Source: Obrimoposthia wandeli
Lineage: Eukaryota
DNA: 64,000 nt
Direction: 5' to 3'
Assembly (NCBI GenBank): GCA_977020255.1
Contig: CDROCS010001101.1
Span: forward strand, 434,001 to 498,000
The stretch's first letter is position 1. Each line of letters opens with the position of its first letter. The notes under the pieces were generated by a model that was not told where the DNA came from, searched no databases, and worked only from the letters and a program-made list of their open reading frames with translations. Positions 1-8,946 of the stretch are shown here, one piece after another. Both the position numbers and the translations under genes were made by a program.

Positions 1-488
1 TTGGCGATTAAAGCCTTAGCTTGACCTACATCATTCGTCGTTTTAAGTTGCTCCGCTTTATCTTGAATACCCGCTAACGCCGCCATGTTTTCTTTATCAG
101 CGATAAAGCTAAATACACTGCGTAATGCCAACATAGCAACAATAATAACCAAGCCAGCAAAGCCTGCTGCCGCGAGCCAATGAAACGCTAATACACTTTG
201 AAAAATGCTGTAAATTTGCCATAGCGACATCACGCCAAAAATACTCGCGACACCAATCGCAAAGGATTTAAGACCTTTAATCGGTAGTGCTTCAAGTGTC
301 AGTCCACGGTAGCTGTCATCAACGGTATCTTCTGCGGTAATAGATGCAGGTACTTGGCTCAAATCATTATCAAGATCGGGCATAAATATTTTCGCTTCGC
401 GGCTCACAGTGGCAACACCATCATCGGCTTGCATATCGATGGTTTTACCTTGGCTACGTGTCGCGTTATCTACTGTCTGTTTGTTCAT
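1..488 (-). CDS. ycjF: YcjF/TIGR01620-family membrane protein, 5' part (runs off window)
   Basis: ATG at 488 overlaps the ycjX stop (ATGA). Open frame MNKQTVDNATRSQGK... has two hydrophobic segments and continues to position 1. ycjX-ycjF is a conserved pair. Not in the supplied ORF track. Confidence 0.8.
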   Translation of the reverse strand, partial: MNKQTVDNATRSQGKTIDMQADDGVATVSREAKIFMPDLDNDLSQVPASITAEDTVDDSYRGLTLEALPIKGLKSFAIGVASIFGVMSLWQIYSIFQSVLAFHWLAAAGFAGLVIIVAMLALRSVFSFIADKENMAALAGIQDKAEQLKTTNDVGQAKALIA

Positions 489-1942
489 AGGCATTTGTCC
501 CCTACTAATTCATTTAAAATACTATCAATACGAATGTGTGGTAATACATCTTGGTTACTAAACGACAATCCTTGTGGCGGATTTAACAAGGGTATTTGCC
601 AGTCTAAAAATGGCTGCCATTGTTCGCCTTCTGGTATACGTGTGGGTATGGTTGGGTGAATATAACCAATCGGCTTGCCATTCACACCACACCCAGCAAT
701 ACCGCGATCGCCTTGATGTTTTATCTCTTTAGAAGAGCGTACTGCTGCTGTCGCTTCACAAATGGGTTGCACGCCTTCATGCTGCGCACTTTTATAAGCT
801 TGTTTGACAATCACGCCCAATAATTGGCGTACGGCATCATGATCTTCACTCAATACCTGATCGATCTTAGTCGCAGCAAACACAACCTTGTCAATCTTAG
901 GTCTGAATAATTGCGAGAACCGATTTTGGCTACCATACGAAAAGCTCTCGGTAATACTGGTTAAGGCTTGGCGCATATCATCAAGATAATCAGGGCCAGC
1001 GTTTAAAGTATTTACTACATCCACCAGCACTAACTGGCGATCGATACGACTAAAGAAGTTTTTATAAAAAGGGTCTACTAACTCTTTCACATAGCCTTGA
1101 TAATTGCGCTGACAGTACTTGTAATAACTGTTTTCAGCGGCATCACTCAACGCATCGTCACTGTATTTATGACAACCAAGTAACGGCACGAAGCTTAACA
1201 GTTCGCTGTTTTCTACCGAGCCAGGCAATAAGAAACGCCCAGGTTGGATCAAGCTTAAACTACTGTGTTTATATTTACAGTCATGTAAGAACTGCACAAA
1301 CTTCGCGTTTAACGATTTCAATACGCTTTCGTCTACAACCGATAACGGATCTAACTGACTTAATTCGTCAAATAAAGGGCCCATTAGCTCACGTCGCGGT
1401 GATGCTTGATATTGTCCTTGGCACTGTTCACTCCAACGCGCAAAGCTCATCTCACGTAACGGTAAATCGAGTAACCATTCACCCGGATAATCACGGATTT
1501 CTAAAAACAAAGAAAATTGCTCTGCTTTTAACGGGTTTAAGCGTCGTCCAGCACGCGACAATCTCAATTCCAGTAAACAACCGCTACTATCTGTCGTTGA
1601 CGCGGGCCACTTTGCTTGTGCTTGCGTTAGGCTCTGGTAGTTCTTTTCATACGGGAATACCGGAATATTGGTATCTGCTAACGGGTGCATTTTCACGCCG
1701 AGCAGACGCTCACTCAATACCGGTGAAAAACCTGCCAAACTGGCTTTCTCATGGTGCATTAATTGATTAATTAAACTGGTGATAAAGGTCGATTTACCAC
1801 TTTTACTCAAGCCTGTAATACCGATACAAAAATAACGGTTCTGCAGCTTAGCAATACTCGCCAGCCCATCTTCTTTAAGGGACGTTGCTTTGCGGGATGC
1901 TTTGTTGATTAACTTGGAAAACTTTTTGTCTGAGTCTCGCAT
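485..1942 (-). CDS. ycjX: YcjX-family Ras-like GTPase/ATPase
   Basis: Walker A GLSKSGKS, DYPGEW motif, DRQLVLVD, ATKIDQ. Confidence 0.92.
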   Translation of the reverse strand: MRDSDKKFSKLINKASRKATSLKEDGLASIAKLQNRYFCIGITGLSKSGKSTFITSLINQLMHHEKASLAGFSPVLSERLLGVKMHPLADTNIPVFPYEKNYQSLTQAQAKWPASTTDSSGCLLELRLSRAGRRLNPLKAEQFSLFLEIRDYPGEWLLDLPLREMSFARWSEQCQGQYQASPRRELMGPLFDELSQLDPLSVVDESVLKSLNAKFVQFLHDCKYKHSSLSLIQPGRFLLPGSVENSELLSFVPLLGCHKYSDDALSDAAENSYYKYCQRNYQGYVKELVDPFYKNFFSRIDRQLVLVDVVNTLNAGPDYLDDMRQALTSITESFSYGSQNRFSQLFRPKIDKVVFAATKIDQVLSEDHDAVRQLLGVIVKQAYKSAQHEGVQPICEATAAVRSSKEIKHQGDRGIAGCGVNGKPIGYIHPTIPTRIPEGEQWQPFLDWQIPLLNPPQGLSFSNQDVLPHIRIDSILNELVGDKCL

Positions 1943-1976
1943 ATACCTACTTCATATATTAAAAGGAAGGAGCAAT

Positions 1977-2060
1977 TTATTATTACAAACAGCAGCACTT
2001 ATTATTACAAACAGCTGAACTTTACTATTACAAATAGCAGAGCTATACCATTACAAACAG
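1977..2060. repeat. Four imperfect direct repeats with core ATTACAAA(C/T)AG upstream of ycjX
   Basis: Cores start at 1982, 2004, 2028 and 2050 (spacing 22, 24, 22). Confidence 0.85.
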
Positions 2061-2154
2061 GCTAACTGTTACTCTTAACAATTAGTTTACTATAGATAAG
2101 AAGTATACCCAAACAAGCTGAATGGCAGATGAATAAAGGGATTAATGTTCAGCG

Positions 2155-3105
2155 TTACAGCCTTAAAGGCGAGATCGCTTTCCAACCATCGGTTTCTTTT
2201 TCTGCCAAGGCGAATTTGAAAGCATAACCAACATGGCCGGTTTTGATTCTTAGGTCTGTTGCAACTAATTGCCCTTCAACCTCTTCTAAACGAATAAAGC
2301 CATTGGTAAACCAATCAAGCGAAGTTAACGCTGGGGTCGTGACATCTATTACGCCAAAACCGAGATTTTGTTGTTCCGATATCGCTAACGTATTAGTCAG
2401 TACATTCAGGGTAACGTCATAATAAACACCGTCATCAACAACGACAGCTATCCACCAATTAAGGCTTGGATAAAGCGGAGAAAGGAATACTTTAGACGCA
2501 GGAATACCTTGTGCTTGTAAGGCTGCATCGACTTTATTCTGCATTTGGTTTTGTATTAATACACTCAATAACAAATAACCACTACTGAGCAGCAAGCCAA
2601 TATGATTAACCCACCTCGCCTTTTGCTTACTTTCATCACTATTTTTACTGCGCCATAAATAGACGCAACCAACTAATAACGGGATGGTATACAAGGGATC
2701 GATGACAAATATCGACGCGATAGAAATAGGGTGCCCGTCTAATGGCCAAAACAATTGCGTGCCATAGCTGGTAAATGCATCGAGCAGTGGATGTGTGATT
2801 AGCGTTAGACAACACAGCCAAAATAACCGTTGATTGGAAATTACATCGGTTTTGTATTTAAACCTGAGACTAAACTTAAGCACCGCAAAACAGATAAACG
2901 CAAAAGGAAATAGTACAAACAAGGAATGTGAGAAACTGCGGTGTTCGGTAAAGCTTGCAACAGCATCTGCGGCAGGCATAAATACATCTAAATCAGGTAA
3001 CGTGCCTAACACACCACCAATAACAATAGCACTGCGGCCAAGTTGCTTGTGGCCGATAGCTGCACCGATAGCGCCACCTAATACAATTTGTGTAACTGAA
3101 TCCAT
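2155..3105 (-). CDS. Inner-membrane metal-dependent hydrolase (YdjM/YbcI-like)
   Basis: MDSVTQ start, PDLD, HRSFSHS, HPLLDAFTSYG, IDPLYT motifs. Confidence 0.85.
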   Translation of the reverse strand: MDSVTQIVLGGAIGAAIGHKQLGRSAIVIGGVLGTLPDLDVFMPAADAVASFTEHRSFSHSLFVLFPFAFICFAVLKFSLRFKYKTDVISNQRLFWLCCLTLITHPLLDAFTSYGTQLFWPLDGHPISIASIFVIDPLYTIPLLVGCVYLWRSKNSDESKQKARWVNHIGLLLSSGYLLLSVLIQNQMQNKVDAALQAQGIPASKVFLSPLYPSLNWWIAVVVDDGVYYDVTLNVLTNTLAISEQQNLGFGVIDVTTPALTSLDWFTNGFIRLEEVEGQLVATDLRIKTGHVGYAFKFALAEKETDGWKAISPLRL

Positions 3106-3200
3106 GACTGTTCCTAACGTAAAGCTTTGAGTGCTATATTAAGTATATAGCTAAATTAATCGTATTTTATCTGCGAGGCAAGTTTTGGCGGGTTCTGATA

Positions 3201-3236
3201 AACAAAAATGGCTAAGGTCTCTCAACCTTAGCCATT
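3201..3236 (-). terminator. Rho-independent terminator after the DEAD-box gene
   Basis: 12-bp stem AATGGCTAAGGT/ACCTTAGCCATT followed by a T-run on the minus strand. Confidence 0.75.
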
Positions 3237-3261
3237 CATATAACTAATTTAGCGATTTTTC

Positions 3262-4563
3262 CTAACGAGCAGGTTTTGTATCTTTCTTCGCACGGTTATT
3301 GGTTTTCTTACCGTAAGAGCGATTTTTAGCACGACGTTTGTCATCGTTACGGCCATTGCCTTTACTTTGACCACCGCTATTACGACCATCATCAACAGGC
3401 TTGCTCAGGTCAGGTTCATAACCCGGTAACCATTGCGCCACTAAACGTGTATCAAGCAGTGTCTCAATTTCTTCTAACAACCAGTTTTCACCGATGCTAA
3501 CTAAAGACGTTGCAGTACCAGATAAACCAGCACGACCTGTACGGCCGATACGGTGAATGTAGTCTTCTGCTTTAAACGGTAATTCAAAGTTGATTACATG
3601 CTTAAGCTGTTCGATATCAAGACCACGTGCAGCAACATCTGTCGCCACTAATGCGCGTACTTTACCGGTTTTAAAATCTTCCAGACCACGTTCACGTGCG
3701 CCCTGTGATTTATCACCGTGTACCGCGATTGTCTTAATACCATCTTTACACATTTCTTTTGCTAGGCTATCTGCGCCCTGCTTAGTTCGCGTAAAGATAA
3801 GTACTTGACGCCAGTTGCGAGAACCAATCAAGTAAGACGTTAGTTCACGCTTACGATCGGTATCAACTGCGTAAAATATTTGCTCTACTTGTTCAGCTGC
3901 TGCATTACGCGTATCAACTTCAACTAATAATGGATCGTTTAACAAACCTTTGCTTAGCTTAAAGATCGCATCATCAAATGTCGCCGAGAACAACATCGTC
4001 TGACGTTTTTTCGGTAGGTGTTTTAAGATGCGGCGGATCTCTTCCATAAAGCCCATATCTAACATACGGTCGGCTTCATCGAATACAATCTTTTCAACAA
4101 ATTCAAGTGTTAGCGTTTCACGATCTAATAGATCAAGTAAACGACCAGGTGTTGCCACTAAAATGTCAGCACCTTGCGCCAGCGCTTTTACTTGTGGGTT
4201 AATGCTAACACCACCGTAAACAAGTTCTGCGGTTAGTTCGCTACCTTCGCTATACGTAACAAAGCTTTTGTGCACTTGCTGTGAAAGCTCACGTGTTGGT
4301 GTTAATACCAAAGCACGGATTTTCTTTTTACCAGTTTCTTCTGATGCGTTAGCCATTAGCTGCTGGATGATAGGTAATGCAAATGCAGCCGTTTTACCTG
4401 TACCAGTCTGTGCACCACCCATAATGTCACGCCCTTCCAGAATTGCTGGAATAGCCTGAGCTTGAATTGGTGTCGGCGTTTCATAGCCTAACTTGGTAAC
4501 AGTATTAATTAAATTTTGATTAAGATTTAAAGCAGAAAAACCCATAATGACCTTACTAAACAC
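3262..4563 (-). CDS. DEAD-box RNA helicase, RhlE-like (true start probably the MGFS Met)
   Basis: Q motif, AQTGTGKT, PTREL, TPGRL, DEAD, SAT, ARGLD, HRIGRTGR; basic C-terminal tail. Confidence 0.93.
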   Translation of the reverse strand: MFSKVIMGFSALNLNQNLINTVTKLGYETPTPIQAQAIPAILEGRDIMGGAQTGTGKTAAFALPIIQQLMANASEETGKKKIRALVLTPTRELSQQVHKSFVTYSEGSELTAELVYGGVSINPQVKALAQGADILVATPGRLLDLLDRETLTLEFVEKIVFDEADRMLDMGFMEEIRRILKHLPKKRQTMLFSATFDDAIFKLSKGLLNDPLLVEVDTRNAAAEQVEQIFYAVDTDRKRELTSYLIGSRNWRQVLIFTRTKQGADSLAKEMCKDGIKTIAVHGDKSQGARERGLEDFKTGKVRALVATDVAARGLDIEQLKHVINFELPFKAEDYIHRIGRTGRAGLSGTATSLVSIGENWLLEEIETLLDTRLVAQWLPGYEPDLSKPVDDGRNSGGQSKGNGRNDDKRRAKNRSYGKKTNNRAKKDTKPAR

Positions 4564-4703
4564 AACAAAAACGATATGTCGCGCAGTTTACCAGAACTCT
4601 TACAAGATTGCAGATAAACTAGTTGAAGCCATGATTTAAAGGATTTGGATAAGAAAGACTGGATATAAAAAAACCAACCGCATCAACGACTGGTTTCATT
4701 TAC

Positions 4704-4746
4704 AAAAAAACGCCCCCTTCATTCATACGAATATAAGGAGGCGTTT
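4704..4746 (-). terminator. Terminator of the nirBDC operon
   Basis: AAACGCC...GGCGTTT stem with a T-run on the minus strand. Confidence 0.6.
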
Positions 4747-4781
4747 ATCAGTTTTTAAACACGATGCTAATCACAACATGA

Positions 4782-5636
4782 TTATGCTTTAGCAGTTTTA
4801 CCTTTTGGTGCAGCAACTGGTGCGACGTCATCAGTTAATGCTGGCGCTGTTTTAGCATGCGTTAGATATAACGGAATACACGTGAACAGTAGACCACCAA
4901 CAAGGTTACCTAGTAGCGTTGGAATAAGGTTCCAATTTAACCAAGTAGCAATACCAACATCAGCACCTAACAACATACCCAGTGGGAATAAGAACATGTT
5001 AACAACAGCATGTTCAAATACTAACGAGAAGAAGATGAAGATTGGTAGCCACATTGCCGCAATTTTACCAGCCACAGTGCGAGCGGTCATATTACCAATA
5101 ACACCTAAACAAACCATCAGGTTACATAGAATACCTTTAACAAATACCGTGATCCAACCATCAAAACCATGTTCAGCATAACCAACAGTACGAGCCATCG
5201 TCGCGCCAATGAACTTTTGTCCTACGGCGCCAGCTTCAACACTGAAGTTAGTGGTAAATATAAGTGCGATAAGGAAAGCAACGATGAGTGAACCAATCAA
5301 GTTACCTAGACCAATAAAGCCCCAGCAACGCAGAATGCGACCCCAAGTAATACCGCTACGCTTATCAAATTTAGCCAATGGCGCAAGACCAAACACACCC
5401 GTTAACAGGTCATAACCCATTAAACTTAAAATACAAAAGCCGACAGGGAAAACTAACGCACCAACCAGGCCTACACCGGTTTGTACAATCGCCGTGATAG
5501 CAACTACAACGGCTAAAGAAAGAATAATACCAGCCATGGTGCCACGTAAAACAAGGTCCCTACTACTAGTGCGAATTTTAGCTTCGCCAACATCAATCAT
5601 GGTCTGAACAAATTCAGCAGGTTTTAAAGCAGACAT
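4782..5636 (-). CDS. nirC: Formate/nitrite transporter (FNT) family, probably a nitrite channel
   Basis: LLTG, KGILCNLMVCL, FEHAVVNM, GNLVGG FNT motifs; directly downstream of nirBD. Confidence 0.8.
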   Translation of the reverse strand: MSALKPAEFVQTMIDVGEAKIRTSSRDLVLRGTMAGIILSLAVVVAITAIVQTGVGLVGALVFPVGFCILSLMGYDLLTGVFGLAPLAKFDKRSGITWGRILRCWGFIGLGNLIGSLIVAFLIALIFTTNFSVEAGAVGQKFIGATMARTVGYAEHGFDGWITVFVKGILCNLMVCLGVIGNMTARTVAGKIAAMWLPIFIFFSLVFEHAVVNMFLFPLGMLLGADVGIATWLNWNLIPTLLGNLVGGLLFTCIPLYLTHAKTAPALTDDVAPVAAPKGKTAKA

Positions 5637-5731
5637 ATAAGAACTCCAAAAAGGTATTTAAAATAAAAATTATAAGAAAATGGTAAATAAATAAGAAAAA
5701 GGTAAATAATAAAGCAAATCGTATAGGAAAA

Positions 5732-5758
5732 GGTTCTAGCCTTTGGGTGGCTAGAACC
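5732..5758. terminator. Intercistronic hairpin between nirD and nirC
   Basis: GGTTCTAGCC-N7-GGCTAGAACC. Confidence 0.55.
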
Positions 5759-5798
5759 CTTGATCTATCAAATTTTTTCGTTATTCACTCAATACGTT

Positions 5799-6125
5799 TT
5801 AAGCATTAATCTCGACAGTATCTTTGTTCACACGTACTTTATACGTCGCCAGTGTCACCAAATCATTTTCTAAACACTGACCAGTCGCTAAGTTAAAGCG
5901 TTGCTTCTTCAGTGGGCTAGCCACCCAAAGCTCAGCATCATGTTCACAAATAAGACCGCGTGATAGCACGTTTGATTTCGCAAACGGGTCCATGTTGTCA
6001 ATGGCAAACAGTTCTTCGTTATCACGTGGACGGAAGATAGCAACTTGCTTACCGTTAACCAATGCACACACACCAGTATTAGCTGTGATGTCGTTTAGTT
6101 GGCAAACTTTAATCCATTTACTCAT
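5799..6125 (-). CDS. nirD: Nitrite reductase small subunit
   Basis: DPFAKSNVLSRG, VASPLKKQRFNL; 4-bp overlap with nirB. Confidence 0.95.
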   Translation of the reverse strand: MSKWIKVCQLNDITANTGVCALVNGKQVAIFRPRDNEELFAIDNMDPFAKSNVLSRGLICEHDAELWVASPLKKQRFNLATGQCLENDLVTLATYKVRVNKDTVEINA

Positions 6126-8668
6126 GCGTGCTCTCCCACTGTGATTGCGTATGTATCTTTTTCTGCCATAGTTGCTGGACGATGCTGGTCACGTGCAGTA
6201 ACAAAGCGTACGTTCTTGTCTTGCTCATCGCTGTTAATAAAGTGAGCGAAACGTTTTTGTTGCTCTTCACTTTCAACAACTTCAGACCATTCACATTTGA
6301 ATTCAGTGATCAGTTTGTTGATGTCTGTTTCAAGCTGTTCATTAATGCCCAGTTTGTCGTTAACAACCACTTCGCGTAAGTAATCAACGCCACCTTCTAA
6401 GTTGTCCATCCATACCGAAGTACGTTGTAACTTATCTGCTGTACGAACATAGAACATCATGAAACGGTCGATGTATTGCAGTAATGTCGCTTCATCTAAA
6501 TCTGATGCTAATAAATCAGCGTGACGCGGGTTCATACCACCGTTACCACACACATACATATTCCAACCAGAGTCTGTCGCAATAAGACCTAAATCTTTAC
6601 CCTGTGCTTCAGCACATTCACGGGTACAACCTGATACACCAAACTTCATTTTGTGTGGCGTACGAATACCTTTATAACGGTTTTCAAGTAACACACCTAA
6701 AGCAACACTGTCTTGCACACCAAAGCGGCACCAAGTGCTACCCACACATGTTTTAGCCATACGTAGTGCTTTTGCATACGCTTGACCCGTTTCATAACCC
6801 GCTGCAATCAACTTTTTCCAGATTGCCGGTAAGTCACCTTTGTGCGCACCAAATAAACCGATACGCTGCGCGCCGGTAATTTTAGTGTAAAGGCTATATT
6901 CTGCAGCAACTTCAGCCAGTACCAATAATGCTTGCGGCGTTACTTCACCACCAGCCATACGTGGAATAACTGAATAAGTACCGTCTTTTTGCATGTTACC
7001 TAAGAAGTTATCATTAGTATCTTGCAGGCCAACATTGTCACGACTTAATACATGGTCACCCCAGCAAGACGCTAAGATTGAACCAATAGTCGGTTTACAT
7101 ACTTCACAGCCGTAACCTTTACCGTATTTAGTCAGTAACTCATCAAACGTTTTGATGCCTTCAATGCGAATTAAGTGGAATAGCTCTTGGCGAGAATATT
7201 CAAAGTGTCCACATAAATGGTTTTTCACTTCAATACCTGATTTAGCCAGTTCCGAATTCAATACTTGGGTAATCAATGGCACACAACCACCACAACCTGT
7301 ACCCGCTTTGGTTACAGCTTTGATTTCGCCCATCGTCGTATGGCCATCAGCAACTGCCGCAGCAATCTTGCCTTTAGTCACATCAAAACAAGAACAAAGC
7401 ACAGCAGTATCAGGTAATGATTCAACGCCCATTGCTGGCTTATCACCACCAGCGTGTGCTGGTAAAATCAAGCTATCTGGATGTTCAGGCAAATCCATGT
7501 CGTTTAATTTAAGTTGTAATAGGCTACCGTAATCTGATGTATCACCGATTAATACTGCACCTAATAACTTCTTGCCGTCTTCAGAAACAATAATACGTTT
7601 GTATACTTCTTCTGTTTCATTAAGATAAACAAAGCTCTTACAACCAGGAGTACGCCCATTTGCATCGCCGATACTACCTACTTTCACACCAAGCAATTTC
7701 AGCTTAGCACTCATGTCAGCGCCTTCGAATGCGTTGTCGTTACCTAATAGATGGTCAACAGCAACTTGTGCCATTTTGTAACCTGGAGCAACCAAACCAA
7801 AGAATTGCTCATTCCAAGATGCACACTCACCGATTGCATAAACATCGCTATCACTCGTCACACAATGGTCACCAATAGTGATACCACCACGACGGCCAGT
7901 TGCTAAACCAGATTGATGTGCCAGTTTGTCTTGTGGGCGAATACCCGTTGAGAATACGATGAAATCAACTTCAAGCGAAGTGCCATCAGCAAACATCATG
8001 GTGTTACGTGCAGTTTCACCTTGAGCAACAATTTCTAAGGTGTTTTTACTGGTGTGCACTTGCACGCCCAGTTTTTCAATTTTCTTACGTAGTTGCTCAC
8101 CGCCTTCACGGTCAAGCTGTTCTGCCATTAATACCGGCGAGAACTCAATTACATGTGTTTCCACACCTAGTGCTTTCAACGCACCAGCAGCTTCAAGTCC
8201 TAATAAACCACCGCCGATAACAACACCGCTTTTACTGCGTTTCGCTGTCGCTTCGATAGTTTTTAAATCTTCGATAGTACGGTAAACAAAACAGTCTTTG
8301 CTTTCATTACCTTTAATTGGCGGCACCCAAGGTTTTGAACCTGTCGCCATTACTAACTTGTCGTACTTAATTTCACGACCTGAGTTTGAATAAATGATTT
8401 TCTGCGAACGATTAATGTTAATCGCACGTTCACCAATCAATACATTGATATTATGCTTGTCGTAAAAGCCTTCTTTTACTAACGATAATTCATCTGCAGT
8501 GTGGTGAGAGAAATAAGAAGAGAGGTGGACACGATCATAGGCAACGCGTGGTTCTTCACAAAACACGGTCACATCAAAATTTTCAATTTCTGCTTTTTCT
8601 ACTAAATCTTCGATGTAACGGTGGCCAACCATACCATTACCGATAATAACCAGTCTGACTTTGCTCAT
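6122..8668 (-). CDS. nirB: NADH-dependent nitrite reductase large subunit
   Basis: GNGMVG FAD motif, GGGLLGLE, BFD-like Cys motifs, KTCVGSTWC and SGCTREC siroheme/FeS ligands. Confidence 0.97.
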   Translation of the reverse strand: MSKVRLVIIGNGMVGHRYIEDLVEKAEIENFDVTVFCEEPRVAYDRVHLSSYFSHHTADELSLVKEGFYDKHNINVLIGERAININRSQKIIYSNSGREIKYDKLVMATGSKPWVPPIKGNESKDCFVYRTIEDLKTIEATAKRSKSGVVIGGGLLGLEAAGALKALGVETHVIEFSPVLMAEQLDREGGEQLRKKIEKLGVQVHTSKNTLEIVAQGETARNTMMFADGTSLEVDFIVFSTGIRPQDKLAHQSGLATGRRGGITIGDHCVTSDSDVYAIGECASWNEQFFGLVAPGYKMAQVAVDHLLGNDNAFEGADMSAKLKLLGVKVGSIGDANGRTPGCKSFVYLNETEEVYKRIIVSEDGKKLLGAVLIGDTSDYGSLLQLKLNDMDLPEHPDSLILPAHAGGDKPAMGVESLPDTAVLCSCFDVTKGKIAAAVADGHTTMGEIKAVTKAGTGCGGCVPLITQVLNSELAKSGIEVKNHLCGHFEYSRQELFHLIRIEGIKTFDELLTKYGKGYGCEVCKPTIGSILASCWGDHVLSRDNVGLQDTNDNFLGNMQKDGTYSVIPRMAGGEVTPQALLVLAEVAAEYSLYTKITGAQRIGLFGAHKGDLPAIWKKLIAAGYETGQAYAKALRMAKTCVGSTWCRFGVQDSVALGVLLENRYKGIRTPHKMKFGVSGCTRECAEAQGKDLGLIATDSGWNMYVCGNGGMNPRHADLLASDLDEATLLQYIDRFMMFYVRTADKLQRTSVWMDNLEGGVDYLREVVVNDKLGINEQLETDINKLITEFKCEWSEVVESEEQQKRFAHFINSDEQDKNVRFVTARDQHRPATMAEKDTYAITVGEHA

Positions 8669-8725
8669 AAGTATTCCTATATATTTATTATGTAGGTATT
8701 TTGAGGTATTACTTAAGGGATGAAC

Positions 8726-8739
8726 ATGACTTAGATCAA
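8726..8739 (-). promoter_or_regulatory. Probable FNR site at about -41.5 of the nirB promoter
   Basis: Minus strand TTGAT-CTAA-GTCAT versus consensus TTGAT-N4-ATCAA; centred 29.5 bp from a candidate -10 (CAAAAT, 8703-8698). Confidence 0.55.
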
Positions 8740-8880
8740 TTCTGAAGGCTGATATATGTGAACAAGATCAAATATGTGAAGTGAGACGTAATTTTATAAC
8801 GAAAAGTGGCATCCTCAGCAAGTGAGAGCCGACATAATGGCATTAATGTAATTAAAAAACAACAAAACTCACAATATAAA

Positions 8881-8896
8881 TACCCACAATGAGGTA
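8881..8896. promoter_or_regulatory. Possible NarP/NarL 7-2-7 site upstream of nirB
   Basis: TACCCAC-AA-TGAGGTA versus TACYYMT-N2-AKRRGTA (6/7 in each half). Confidence 0.45.
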
Positions 8897-8946
8897 TTTA
8901 TATTGTTTTTGTTATTTTATTACATCAGCCCTAATTAATAACTGAA

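Noticed and set aside
1977-2060. Direct repeats as a mini-CRISPR
   Set aside because: The period of 22-24 bp leaves no room for spacers, and no cas genes are present.
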